This document shows positions 9,345 through 18,496 of a DNA stretch of 24,694 bases, piece by piece. Position 1 is the first letter of the stretch. Every line of letters begins with the position of its first letter. The notes under the pieces are model-generated. The model ran no database searches, was not told the DNA's origin, and saw only the letters and a program-made list of their open reading frames with translations. A program made the translations under genes and the position numbers. The DNA comes from Candidatus Sigynarchaeum calidifontis (GTDB lineage: Archaea; Asgardarchaeota; Lokiarchaeia; Sigyniarchaeales; Sigyniarchaeaceae). Location of the stretch: the NCBI GenBank assembly GCA_030587475.2, contig JAUQYZ020000058.1, positions 1 through 24,694 of the forward strand, in the 5' to 3' direction.

Positions 9345-10454
9345 TTAAATCTTGATGCCCTTGATCCATGGTTCCATTATCGTTGAATTCAAGATTGACA
9401 CGATTTTTTGCTCGTTGGAATAGAAACCGATAATGGTTCCGTCAGCTTTCTCGAGCGCAATGATGACCTCCTCGCTGTCCCTGTTGATCAACCAGCGATC
9501 CCTCTGGTCATATTGCGTGAAGATGACGCCCTTCTGTTTCAGGTCCATGACGATGTGCTCGTCGGTCGCCTTGATATCACCGCTAATGTTGACAACCGTC
9601 GTCCTCGGAAAGCCCTTGATGATGGGAAGCAAACCAAGCGACTCGATACTGGATATCGTGGGAATGCAAAAGCGAATCGAGCGCTGGGTTTTCTGGACAG
9701 TGGACTTGAAGACCTCGGCGAGCTTTTCCTTGTCCGTTATCACGCCGCTGCCACCGGTCAAGAGGGACCCGAGCCGGCCGCTCAATGATGCGATCTGTTC
9801 GTCTTTCTGCTTGATTTCCGCCTTCAGCTTCTCGACCTCCATGGTCGCGCCCAGGACGGAATCGCCCGAGTCACGGAACTTGACCTTGAGCTTCTCGTAC
9901 TTGTCGTTAATTTCATGTATCTGGGCGTTTAACTTTTCTTCCTTGAGCTTGATGGCCTCGTTTTCTTTCTGCAAAGAAAGGATTTGGTCTTGTAATGCCG
10001 GGATTTTTCCATTGAGCTCGGCGACTTGAGTAGCGAGCTTCCGGTTTTCCTCATCCTTGGCAGAAATAATGGCGTCCTTGTCCGCTAATTGTTTATCCTT
10101 CGTCGTGATGATCTCGTCCTTGGCGAGGGCTGACTTCTTGAAAACCTTAGCCTCCTCCTCTGCTTCCTGTGCTTTTTTCTTGGATTCCTCAAGCTGGGCA
10201 GTTAACGAGTCTTTCAATTCCTTGTCTTTCTCGACGAGTAACTTGAGCTTGTTGTATTCAACCGTGAGATCGTTCAATTGTTTGGTTAGTTCGTCGTGCT
10301 TCGCCTGGAGCCGTTCGAGCTGTTTTTTCTTTTCTTCAAGTTCCTTGATAGTCTCGTCGAGCTTGGATTGCAACTTGTCGGATTGATCCCTCGATTTGAG
10401 GAGGGACTCCAAGGAATCGGCCTGGGATGCGGTTTTTTTTCCTTTTTCAAACAT
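9345..10454 (-). CDS. Long coiled-coil protein with a C-terminal TrmB-C/PLD-like alpha-beta domain
   Basis: About 220 aa of E/K/L heptad-rich sequence, a GGSG hinge, then a globular domain (TQRSIRFCIP...RDSEEVII). ATG at 10454. Confidence 0.75.
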   Translation of the reverse strand: MFEKGKKTASQADSLESLLKSRDQSDKLQSKLDETIKELEEKKKQLERLQAKHDELTKQLNDLTVEYNKLKLLVEKDKELKDSLTAQLEESKKKAQEAEEEAKVFKKSALAKDEIITTKDKQLADKDAIISAKDEENRKLATQVAELNGKIPALQDQILSLQKENEAIKLKEEKLNAQIHEINDKYEKLKVKFRDSGDSVLGATMEVEKLKAEIKQKDEQIASLSGRLGSLLTGGSGVITDKEKLAEVFKSTVQKTQRSIRFCIPTISSIESLGLLPIIKGFPRTTVVNISGDIKATDEHIVMDLKQKGVIFTQYDQRDRWLINRDSEEVIIALEKADGTIIGFYSNEQKIVSILNSTIMEPWIKGIKI

Positions 10455-10806
10455 GTGTTTCACGCGGTGGGTGGCCTTGATGTAATTCGGTAACCTTTCT
10501 TTGATGTTCCACTAGCATGACACATATGTTCGAGATGGATTAATATTTAGCTCTGAAAAGGAACTAGGCACAAATGATTTAATCACGTCATACATCGATT
10601 CATGGCTCGAACGCTATATCCAGTGGAATACTAAGAATCTGTACTTCATTTTTCGATATATGTGAACCGCGAGAATCCATCTTACATCCATTTCATTCAT
10701 TATCCCTAAAAAAATAATAGGCCAGCTCATTGAAACACGTGTTCCCATATTATATTAACAAAACACGAAAGGAGATCGTGAAAGACAAGAGAAATAATGA
10801 AAAACT

Positions 10807-10911
10807 GGGCTCGTCTCCTAGCTCGGATATGGAGCCGGACTTCTAAAATGTTTGTATAAAACAAACCACGAAGAGATCCGGATTGCGTGCGTTCAAATCG
10901 CACCGAGCCCG
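10807..10911 (+). tRNA. tRNA-Arg(TCT) with a 30-nt intron at 37/38 (intron 10846-10875)
   Basis: Acceptor GGGCTCG/CGAGCCC, anticodon stem CCGGA/TCCGG, anticodon TCT 10842-10844, T-arm GTGCG-TTCAAAT-CGCAC, A20 Arg identity base. Central helix CTTC/GAAG with bulges TA^A and AG^A. CCA not encoded. Confidence 0.93.
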
Positions 10912-10963
10912 CTATCATTCGATCGACATCATTTTTTATTATTAAAAGCGGGTGAGCGGGATC

Positions 10964-12121
10964 ATGGCATCGGCGTGCATCAAGGTTAACAAGAAAAACG
11001 CCCAGGATGCCAAGAACGCCTTGATAAAGGCGGGCTACCTCGATCTCGATCGAGAACCGATGCACGATGGGGATTCCGTGATATTCCCTGTGAAAGACGG
11101 AGAGGATGAAACCCTTAACAACGTGATACATTGCCCGTTCGAGAAGATCGATGGTGTTTGCCCCTCGAGCCGAAAGAAACGCCGCGGTAACCTCGCCGAG
11201 TTGCTCGCCCGCGAATTGCCCCAGGAACTTGTCGAGTACGTGCCACGGGCCTTCAACATCATCGGCACCATCGCCGTGCTCGAGATAGACGAGCATCTCG
11301 CGCCCTTTAAGCCAGCCATTGCCCGGGCGATCCGCGAGATCCACCCGCACCTCACGTCGGTCTTCTGCAAGCAGTCGGAAAGGGCGGGCGAGTTCCGCAC
11401 GAGCCAGCTCGACCTCCTGTGGGGCAACGGGGACCCCGTCACGACCCATGTCGAGAACGGGTGCCGGTTCCTCGTCGACGTGAAGGAGGTGTTTTTCGAC
11501 CCCCGCCTCGTGCACGAGCACGACCGGGTCGTGAAGATCATCACGTCCGGATGCAACGACCGCACGTTCAACGTGCTCGATCTTTTCTGCGGTGTCGGCC
11601 CTTTCGTCATCCCGCTCGCCAAGGATCCCCGTGCAAGTGTGTGGGCGGTAGACCTCAATCCCCGGGCTATTGATCTGCTCGGGACGAACATCGGGAAAAA
11701 TCATATCGATCCGGCACGTGTCCATACCCATGCGATGGATGCCCGCGCGTTTCTCGAGCGAGATGATTTCGACGGGGGCACGTGTCCACGTGCTTTCGAC
11801 GCGATCATCCTCAACCTTCCGCGCGCTGCCCATGCGTTCCTCCCGTCATGTAAATCCAGGAGCATGAGCGGGACTCGGTTGTTCTGGTATACCATCGCAC
11901 CGGGGTTCTTCGAGGGCAAAGAGATGCCCGGGGATGCCCCCGAGTCCATTCGAGAGCGGATCCGCGTGCTGGCACGGCAAGATGACATGAACCCCGTAAA
12001 CGACGCGTGCATGGAAGGCCTCGGTCTCGTGAAGGCCGCCGGCTTCGCGATTGACAGGATCACGCGTGTAAAACCGTTCTCTCCCTACAAATACATTTAT
12101 TGCTTCGAGCTCGTGGCGTGA
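10964..12121 (+). CDS. trm5: tRNA (guanine37-N1)-methyltransferase Trm5 family
   Basis: N-terminal D1-like segment, FNIIGTIAV, ENGCRF..D...VFFDPRL..E..R, SAM motif DLFCGVGPF, DLNP, IILNLP. ATG 10964 (GTG alternative at 10952). Confidence 0.9.
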   Translation: MASACIKVNKKNAQDAKNALIKAGYLDLDREPMHDGDSVIFPVKDGEDETLNNVIHCPFEKIDGVCPSSRKKRRGNLAELLARELPQELVEYVPRAFNIIGTIAVLEIDEHLAPFKPAIARAIREIHPHLTSVFCKQSERAGEFRTSQLDLLWGNGDPVTTHVENGCRFLVDVKEVFFDPRLVHEHDRVVKIITSGCNDRTFNVLDLFCGVGPFVIPLAKDPRASVWAVDLNPRAIDLLGTNIGKNHIDPARVHTHAMDARAFLERDDFDGGTCPRAFDAIILNLPRAAHAFLPSCKSRSMSGTRLFWYTIAPGFFEGKEMPGDAPESIRERIRVLARQDDMNPVNDACMEGLGLVKAAGFAIDRITRVKPFSPYKYIYCFELVA

Positions 12122-12553
12122 TCAACTCACCACGTAGAGCGAGATCTTTATCTCCGAGCCCTCGATTGCGAGCTGTGTTCGGAACGCATCACTCAGATCG
12201 CAAGAAGCCTTGTCGCACGAGACGAGCACGGTTCGGCCAGACACGAACGTGCTCTTGCGGAAGACCATCTCGTGCTCGTCGTCCAGGGCGAGATCCGGGT
12301 GCCCCTTGCCTGAAATTTGCTCGACCAGGCCCCCAACGCGCATCTCGAGGATGAAATTACATCCCGCTCGGAGCGCCGCCTTCGTCTCTGCCTTGAACCC
12401 GGCGGGTGCAAGTGTTGATAACACACCCACGATACAGTCTCCGCGGGAAGTCAGTCGCGAGGCCTTCGTGAATTCTAGCGTCGTCTTGTGGCACGCTTGC
12501 ACGTTCGGGTGGCCTCGTGCCATAAACGACTCGAGCAAGACGCGTCCAGCCAT
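12122..12553 (-). CDS. DUF371 family protein
   Basis: ARGHPNV...HKTTLEFT....LT.RGDCI.GV and VFRKS.F...RT motifs. Confidence 0.9.
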   Translation of the reverse strand: MAGRVLLESFMARGHPNVQACHKTTLEFTKASRLTSRGDCIVGVLSTLAPAGFKAETKAALRAGCNFILEMRVGGLVEQISGKGHPDLALDDEHEMVFRKSTFVSGRTVLVSCDKASCDLSDAFRTQLAIEGSEIKISLYVVS

Positions 12554-12571
12554 GAATGAAGATGTGAAATG

Positions 12572-13318
12572 TTACATCCCTATAAAATCGAGGAGGGTTT
12601 TGCACCCCTTGGGCACCTTTCTGAGCACGCGCTGCGCCTCGATCGAGCCGACACCGACCTGGTCGAGCAGCTGCCGCTTGCCTATCAAGCCCATGGCCCG
12701 CTTGTAATTGATCCTCGATTCAAGGACTTGCGTGTCGTAGAACGCTGCCCATCGGGTCTCAAATTCCCGCTTGTCATGGACGTGCGCCGTTGCAGCCTCG
12801 GTTCCTGGGAATAATAGCTCGATCAACCGCGGTAGGAAATTTTCCACGAAACTCGTGGTGGGGGGCAGCTGGAACAAGTGCAAGCCGCCCCGGATGAGCA
12901 CATCGCCGGTGAAACCGATGTTAACGGGAAATAACGCGATTAACTCCAGGATCGCAGAAACTTGCGGCGAGCAGTCGGGTACCGAAACGCAGCCGTCCCG
13001 CCGCGTTTCGTTCCATGTTATCACGTGGTATGCCGGATAACGCTTTTTAAAGTGCAAGCCGACCAGGTCTAAGATCACGTGCCGCGACTTGTACGTGCCG
13101 GCGAGTAGCGTCTTGAACGGGACCAGGCGCATGTAACCCTTGATCTTGTAAGCTTCGATCTCGACCGCGCGTGCTTTCTTGAGGAGGCCAGGACATTTTA
13201 ACCGGAGCTCGTCGATGCTCTTGCTACCAGCCACCATCCGTTCGACTCGCGATGCCGGGTAGTGTAACATGTCGTGGTGGCGCCGGGCGTGTGAGATCAC
13301 CTTTTCGATAGCCTTCAT
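12572..13318 (-). CDS. DUF4130 / TIGR03915-like putative DNA metabolism protein
   Basis: VEIEAYKIKGYMRL, H.ILDLV..HF..RY and W..FY...V.ESR.N.K motifs; ATG 13318 overlaps the radical SAM stop (ATGA). Confidence 0.8.
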   Translation of the reverse strand: MKAIEKVISHARRHHDMLHYPASRVERMVAGSKSIDELRLKCPGLLKKARAVEIEAYKIKGYMRLVPFKTLLAGTYKSRHVILDLVGLHFKKRYPAYHVITWNETRRDGCVSVPDCSPQVSAILELIALFPVNIGFTGDVLIRGGLHLFQLPPTTSFVENFLPRLIELLFPGTEAATAHVHDKREFETRWAAFYDTQVLESRINYKRAMGLIGKRQLLDQVGVGSIEAQRVLRKVPKGCKTLLDFIGM

Positions 13319-14508
13319 GGCAAGTATGCCTCGGTCTTGTTGTGCCGCGCCCACTCGTCCAGACGTGCATGGCGGGCGCCGTTGACGGTGATGAAAGGCA
13401 AGGCACGCTTCAAGACGACCCCCAGCGCTTTCAAGCTTGACTCTTTCTCGATCTTCATCCCTTTTTTCCTAAGCGTGATGATGCGGCGAGCTGAGCGCGG
13501 GCCGATACCAGGCACGTGCAACAGGTCATCGAGGCTCGCCTCATTGACCTCTACCGGAAAACGATCGGCGAACTGGCGTATGGCAAGGCTGGTCTTGGGG
13601 TCAATATCGAGCGGGAGGTTCGTGCCCTTCGGCGGGAGCACATCCTTCTTGTCAAATTTGTAACACCGCAACAACCAGTCTGCCTGGTACAGCCGGTGCT
13701 CTCGAAGCAATGGCGCGGGATCCACGTGCTCTAGCAGACTACCCTTCACGGGATAAAAAGCCGAGTAGTACACGCGCTTGAGTCCGAATAACGAGTACAT
13801 GCGGCAGGTATTCTGCAAGATCTCGTGATCCGTGGCCACGTTTCCCCCGACGATGATTTGGGTGGTCATGCCAGCGGGAAGCGCGTGGTTTGAATTCACC
13901 CCGTGCATCCACATGAGCCGGGTCACGATATCCGAGTTGAAATCCTTCGTGCTCGATATTTCCGCCAAGTGGGTTTTCGTGGGCGCTTCCATATTCAACG
14001 AGATACGATCCGAGTACTCAGCGAGGGCGCGCACGTCGGAAAGGCTGGAACCGGGCAACACTTTCATGTGGATATAACCGGCGAAATGGTGCTTCTCACG
14101 TAGAATCCGGGCAGTCTCGATCATTTCGCTCATGACGATACCGGGGTCGCCGGTGATCCCCGATGACAAGAACAGGCCTTCCACGTAATTTCGACGATAG
14201 TAATCCAAGAATGTATCGGCCAACTCGGCGGGGGTGAACGCGGTCTTTTTAGACCTTGCCTGGCAGCTCGTCGCGTTCTGGCAGTAAAAACAATCGTTCG
14301 AGCACTTGTTCGTCAACAATACCTTGAACAGCGAGACGCAGCGGCCGTCGGCCGCGTAAACGTGACAACATCCGGCGGGAAGCCTTACCCCGAAAAGTCC
14401 GTTCTTCGAGCCGCATTGCCGGTGGCTTACCATCGCCGACGACGACGTGCAAATGTCGTACCTCGCCGATGACCCGAGGATCGCGACCTTTTGCAAGATG
14501 CTGTGCAC
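13315..14508 (-). CDS. Putative DNA modification/repair radical SAM protein with HhH (TIGR03916-like)
   Basis: ARYDIC, DGRCVSLFKVLLTN, CxxxCxxC (CSNDCFYC), YRRNYVEGLFLSSG, REHRLYQADWL and HhH VPGIGPRSA. Confidence 0.93.
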   Translation of the reverse strand: MHSILQKVAILGSSARYDICTSSSAMVSHRQCGSKNGLFGVRLPAGCCHVYAADGRCVSLFKVLLTNKCSNDCFYCQNATSCQARSKKTAFTPAELADTFLDYYRRNYVEGLFLSSGITGDPGIVMSEMIETARILREKHHFAGYIHMKVLPGSSLSDVRALAEYSDRISLNMEAPTKTHLAEISSTKDFNSDIVTRLMWMHGVNSNHALPAGMTTQIIVGGNVATDHEILQNTCRMYSLFGLKRVYYSAFYPVKGSLLEHVDPAPLLREHRLYQADWLLRCYKFDKKDVLPPKGTNLPLDIDPKTSLAIRQFADRFPVEVNEASLDDLLHVPGIGPRSARRIITLRKKGMKIEKESSLKALGVVLKRALPFITVNGARHARLDEWARHNKTEAYLP

Positions 14509-14613
14509 GGTTATCGATCGGTACTAGAAGGTATTGGCGTATTATTTGGTGGTGCTCCACAGAATTTGTGAAATGATAAATAAGGTTGAATTGAGACATC
14601 TATCTTGATCCCG

Positions 14614-16410
14614 ATGTTCAAGCTCCACGCGTACTTCGTCTTCCATCTGAGCCAACGCTGCATGTTATTCTACGGGCAGATCGAGCCAAAGGACGTGGCC
14701 GAGGAAACGTTCACGAACCTTTTCGTGGAAGCTGAAAAACTGCTCATCGGGCAATCAAAACTCGTCACGATGGACAACTCGCAATTCGTGCTCTTGAATC
14801 AAGAAGACATCATCTCTTGCGCGCTCGTTTCGGACGTGTCCAAGCAAGACGAGAAAAGCGCGATCAACCTCCTCACCAAGCTCGGAAAGGCGTTCAAGCG
14901 CCAGTATCAAGCCGAGATCGACGAGTTCGACCCGAACTCTTGCGACCTGGGTGCTACCTTCGGGGGATTTTCCAGCATCCTCGCCACTGCCCTTAAAGAT
15001 TTTCTCGCGCCGAAGGATAACACCTCAGGAGAAGAACAGAAGGAGATACCGGGAAACCAAGGCAGTACAGCACCAAAACCAGCTGCGGGAGAGGAAGGCA
15101 AGGGCATCAGGTTTCCGGGCGGGAAGATCTCGCCCGAGGAGCGCGACGAGATCCTGTTCCACGAGTACGAGGACTTGATGGCACTATACAACGTGGAGAT
15201 GGTGGACGGCATCGTCTCGAAAAACAAGATCTTCATCTACGCGAACATCGGGGAGTACCACGAGATCACGGTCGACTATTCCGACTTCCCCGCAGTGCCG
15301 AAGATCACGATGCCTGCCAAGCTCTCCGATGTGTTGGCGATCACGCAGACCGTGCAAGGCTGGAACCCCGAGAACCCCCCGCGCATCGTCGACGTGATCG
15401 CCGAGATCGAGCAGATCGTTTGCAGCATGCACCCCGCAGGCCCCACGCAGGCCGATAGAGCTGCCGAGATCGACGGGTATATGGACGAACTCGGTTTTGA
15501 AGGATCGGGAGAAAAGGCCACCAACGGGCTATCTCAAGGCGAGAAAACGTCGGCATCGAACGTGCTCGCCAGCCGATTGCTCGCAAAAGACAAGAACGTT
15601 GCAAAAAATGGAGAAAAGGATTCGAATGTACCTAATTTCAGCCAGCCATCGACAATCGTTGACCAGATCATTGATGAAAGCCAACAATTAGGACACAAAA
15701 CCTCATTGAAGGACATGGTAGCCAAGCAGAAAGCGGGTGAAACCTCTCCCCAACAAGTGGCAAGCGAACCCTCTCCATCTCTCGCTGCGGTGCCAACCCC
15801 TACTCCGTCACGTGAGCAAAAACCCCAAAAATTCGTCATCCGGCCGCGGTTCGTCGTCGACGGGGAGGAAATCACCCCCGGCAAGAAGGAGCCAGAACCG
15901 GAGCCGTCGAAGCCCGCCCCGCGGAAAGAGAGCGTCCCGCCGCCGAAGATCGGCATCATCGACGAGGGCATCACGATCACGCCGCGACCGAGGCCCGCGA
16001 GCATGGCACAAGGGGAGCAAGAATTGATGGCCAAGCCAGTCGCTACCCTGCAAAAAATTGACGAGGTCGACCATGACATTGATATCACCGCCAGGCCGCG
16101 CCCTGCAAGCCAAATAAAGAACTTTGCCATACCAGACGTGAACGAACTCGATAGCTTCGTGCCCCCCGCGCCCATGAAGCGCCCCGCGATCAAGCCCGCA
16201 CCGGCACAAAAACAAGCACCCCCGTCGCCCGTTAAGCCCGCCCAAAAGCCAGCACCGGCGGCCACGGCCAAATCCAAGCCCGCACCGAAGCGGATAGATG
16301 ATGAGGAGGACATGTTCGGTTGGGGTGATGGGGAAATGGAGGTGAAGCAGTCGAACGTGGAGATAAAAGACTTCGATGGCCCCATCAAGAAGATCACAAA
16401 CGGCGAGTAG
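14614..16410 (+). CDS. Multidomain protein: longin-like N-terminus, UEV/RWD-like middle domain, Pro-rich disordered C-terminus
   Basis: N-terminal beta-beta-alpha-beta-beta-beta-alpha pattern ending LLTKLGKAFKRQY; middle ITVDYSDFPAVPKI...W.PENPPRIVDVIAEIE; P/A/K-rich tail. Domain calls are by eye. Confidence 0.6.
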   Translation: MFKLHAYFVFHLSQRCMLFYGQIEPKDVAEETFTNLFVEAEKLLIGQSKLVTMDNSQFVLLNQEDIISCALVSDVSKQDEKSAINLLTKLGKAFKRQYQAEIDEFDPNSCDLGATFGGFSSILATALKDFLAPKDNTSGEEQKEIPGNQGSTAPKPAAGEEGKGIRFPGGKISPEERDEILFHEYEDLMALYNVEMVDGIVSKNKIFIYANIGEYHEITVDYSDFPAVPKITMPAKLSDVLAITQTVQGWNPENPPRIVDVIAEIEQIVCSMHPAGPTQADRAAEIDGYMDELGFEGSGEKATNGLSQGEKTSASNVLASRLLAKDKNVAKNGEKDSNVPNFSQPSTIVDQIIDESQQLGHKTSLKDMVAKQKAGETSPQQVASEPSPSLAAVPTPTPSREQKPQKFVIRPRFVVDGEEITPGKKEPEPEPSKPAPRKESVPPPKIGIIDEGITITPRPRPASMAQGEQELMAKPVATLQKIDEVDHDIDITARPRPASQIKNFAIPDVNELDSFVPPAPMKRPAIKPAPAQKQAPPSPVKPAQKPAPAATAKSKPAPKRIDDEEDMFGWGDGEMEVKQSNVEIKDFDGPIKKITNGE

Positions 16411-16518
16411 GACCGATCTGGCTCGGGAGCGGGGCACCACGAGAAAGGTTTATTGCTGATTCCAACGATGTCTTTTTACCATGAATTAAGCGAATTCCTA
16501 GAAAATGAAGGGAAAATC

Positions 16519-17727
16519 ATGCTCATCGGTATAGTCGGGAAGCCAAATGCGGGTAAAAGCACGTTCTTGAACGCTGCCACGATGGCCGGCGCGAAGGTCG
16601 CGGATTACCCGTTCACGACAGTCGACCCGAATCTCGGCAAAGGCCACGTGCAACGCCCTTGCGTTTGCCGGCAGCTGAAAGTTACTGACAATCCCAAGAA
16701 TTCCATATGCGAAAACGGCATACGGTTCGCCCCCGTCGACCTTCTCGATGTCGCGGGGCTCGTGCCAGGCGCGCACGAGGGTAAAGGAATGGGAAATAAA
16801 TTCCTCAACGATTTGAGCCGTGCTGACGTGCTCCTCCACGTTGTCGATTTTTCAGGTGCAACAAACGACAAGGGAGAGATAGAGAAACCAGGCACCTACG
16901 ATCCCGTGAACGATATCAAGTTCCTCGAGGATGAGATCGCGTACTGGCTAAAGGGCATCATCGAGCGTCAAGATTGGGTCAAGTTCGTGCGAACTGCACA
17001 AGTCGTCAAGACTCCACTCGTGGCGGCCCTGGTCGAGCGTTTAAGCGGCATCGGCGTCACCGATGCTCACGTTCAGCAAGCATTGAAAAAAGCCAACTTG
17101 TTGGACAAGAAAATCACAGATTGGAACGATGACATGCTCTTGTCGTTCGCGCGTTCCTTGCAGAAGATATCCAAGCCGATAATCATCATGGCCAACAAGC
17201 TAGACAAGGAGGAGGGGCGCAAGAACTTCAAGCGCATCTCGGAACTGCCCGAGTACAAGGGGAGCGTGTTTCCTTGCAGCGCCCTTGCCGAGTACCACTT
17301 GCGCGTGCTGGCCAAGAACGGCACCATCGAGTACACGCCCGGCGCGCCTGAAATCAAGATCCTCAAGCCGGAGAAGCTCTCGGACAAGGACAAGGCAGCG
17401 CTCGCCCGGATCAAGTCGGAGATCATCGACGTGTACGGGTCGACTGGCGTGCAAGCCGGGCTTGACAAGGCCATCTTTGAGGTGTTGGACTACATTTACG
17501 TATATCCAGTCGCTGACCCCAACAAGTTTTGCGATAACGATGGTCGAGTCCTTCCCGACGTTTTCTTGGTAAAGCGGGGTTCCAAACTCATTGACGTGGC
17601 GGGAAAGATCCACACCGACCTCGCGAAGACCTTCGTGCACGGTATCAATGCCCGTGACAAGCGCAGGCTCGGAGAAGAATATGAAGTCCAAGCAGACGAC
17701 GTGGTGAAGATTGTCTCGGCGAAATGA
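16519..17727 (+). CDS. ychF: Archaeal YchF/Ygr210-like OBG-family GTPase with TGS domain
   Basis: GKPNAGKST, YPFTT, DVAGLV.GA..G.G.GN.FL, G4 NKLD, TGS-type LPD...IHTDL...DVVKI. Confidence 0.93.
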   Translation: MLIGIVGKPNAGKSTFLNAATMAGAKVADYPFTTVDPNLGKGHVQRPCVCRQLKVTDNPKNSICENGIRFAPVDLLDVAGLVPGAHEGKGMGNKFLNDLSRADVLLHVVDFSGATNDKGEIEKPGTYDPVNDIKFLEDEIAYWLKGIIERQDWVKFVRTAQVVKTPLVAALVERLSGIGVTDAHVQQALKKANLLDKKITDWNDDMLLSFARSLQKISKPIIIMANKLDKEEGRKNFKRISELPEYKGSVFPCSALAEYHLRVLAKNGTIEYTPGAPEIKILKPEKLSDKDKAALARIKSEIIDVYGSTGVQAGLDKAIFEVLDYIYVYPVADPNKFCDNDGRVLPDVFLVKRGSKLIDVAGKIHTDLAKTFVHGINARDKRRLGEEYEVQADDVVKIVSAK

Positions 17728-17728
17728 G

Positions 17729-17737
17729 TTTTTTTTT
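17729..17737 (+). terminator. Oligo-U terminator after ychF
   Basis: T9 run immediately after the stop codon. Confidence 0.6.
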
Positions 17738-17878
17738 CGATATCGATCATCATCTTTAATTTTTCTTCGAATTCGTTTATGAATATCGAAAAACTTCGCA
17801 CGGATCCCGCTAAGCTATTAATGATGGAGAACCGTATGGCTCCTTTCCGGGAACACCTTGGACACGTCAGGGTGAGAC

Positions 17879-18334
17879 ATGGCGCTCGCGTCACCAACGG
17901 GCGGCACCGTGAAAGCATTCGACACCAGCAACAAGACCGCCCTAGCCTTACTCGGCGAGATCAACGCCCGATGGATAAAAAACGAGGTGTTGCTACTCTC
18001 AGGGAACTCCTTGTTTACAGGCGCGTGTGCAAAGGGTTTGGTCGTCATTGACGTGTCGAACCCGTCGTCGCTTTAACCCATCGGGTATTACGATAACTAC
18101 CAGGGCGCTTGCGGCGGCCCGCACTATGCCTGGTATCCCAAGTCCCTAATCGATGCGAGCCGGGGGAAGCTGGTCGTGTTCGTCTCGATGCATTGCGGGC
18201 TGAACATCATTGCCTTCAATAGCTTCGATTTCCCGCCTTCCATGGAAACATTCATCATCGTCATCGTGTCAATCGGCGGTGTCGCGGGTGTCATCGTGAT
18301 CATCTCGGTCGTGCTCAAGGCCCGAAAGCATTGA
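17879..18334 (+). pseudogene. Decayed LVIVD-repeat membrane-anchored protein (C-terminal remnant)
   Basis: GLVVIDVSNPSSL*PIGYYD matches the LVIVD repeat across an in-frame TAA (18074-18076). The frame continues to a TM helix and basic tail (FIIVIVSIGGVAGVIVIISVVLKARKH*). The 5' part appears lost or frameshifted. Confidence 0.7.
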
Positions 18335-18496
18335 TCGCCCTCGAATGTCCTTCAAAAATTCCCTCTTCTTTTCGGGGAAAACCGACACCACGGGGATGGT
18401 GTAAAATCCTTCGCAAGACCACGAAACCAATTTTTTTATTACACGCACCTCATTTTACGAAGTAGTTTCGACGTAATTGAACTCGTGTGAACTTCG

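Noticed and set aside
10464-10806. AT-rich spacer with short palindromes (TGATTTAATCA, AACACGTGTT)
   Set aside because: Consistent with divergent promoters. The palindromes are single, unrelated and expected by chance.
10727-11833. 368-aa minus-strand ORF
   Set aside because: Antisense shadow of trm5 that also overlaps tRNA-Arg; no motifs.
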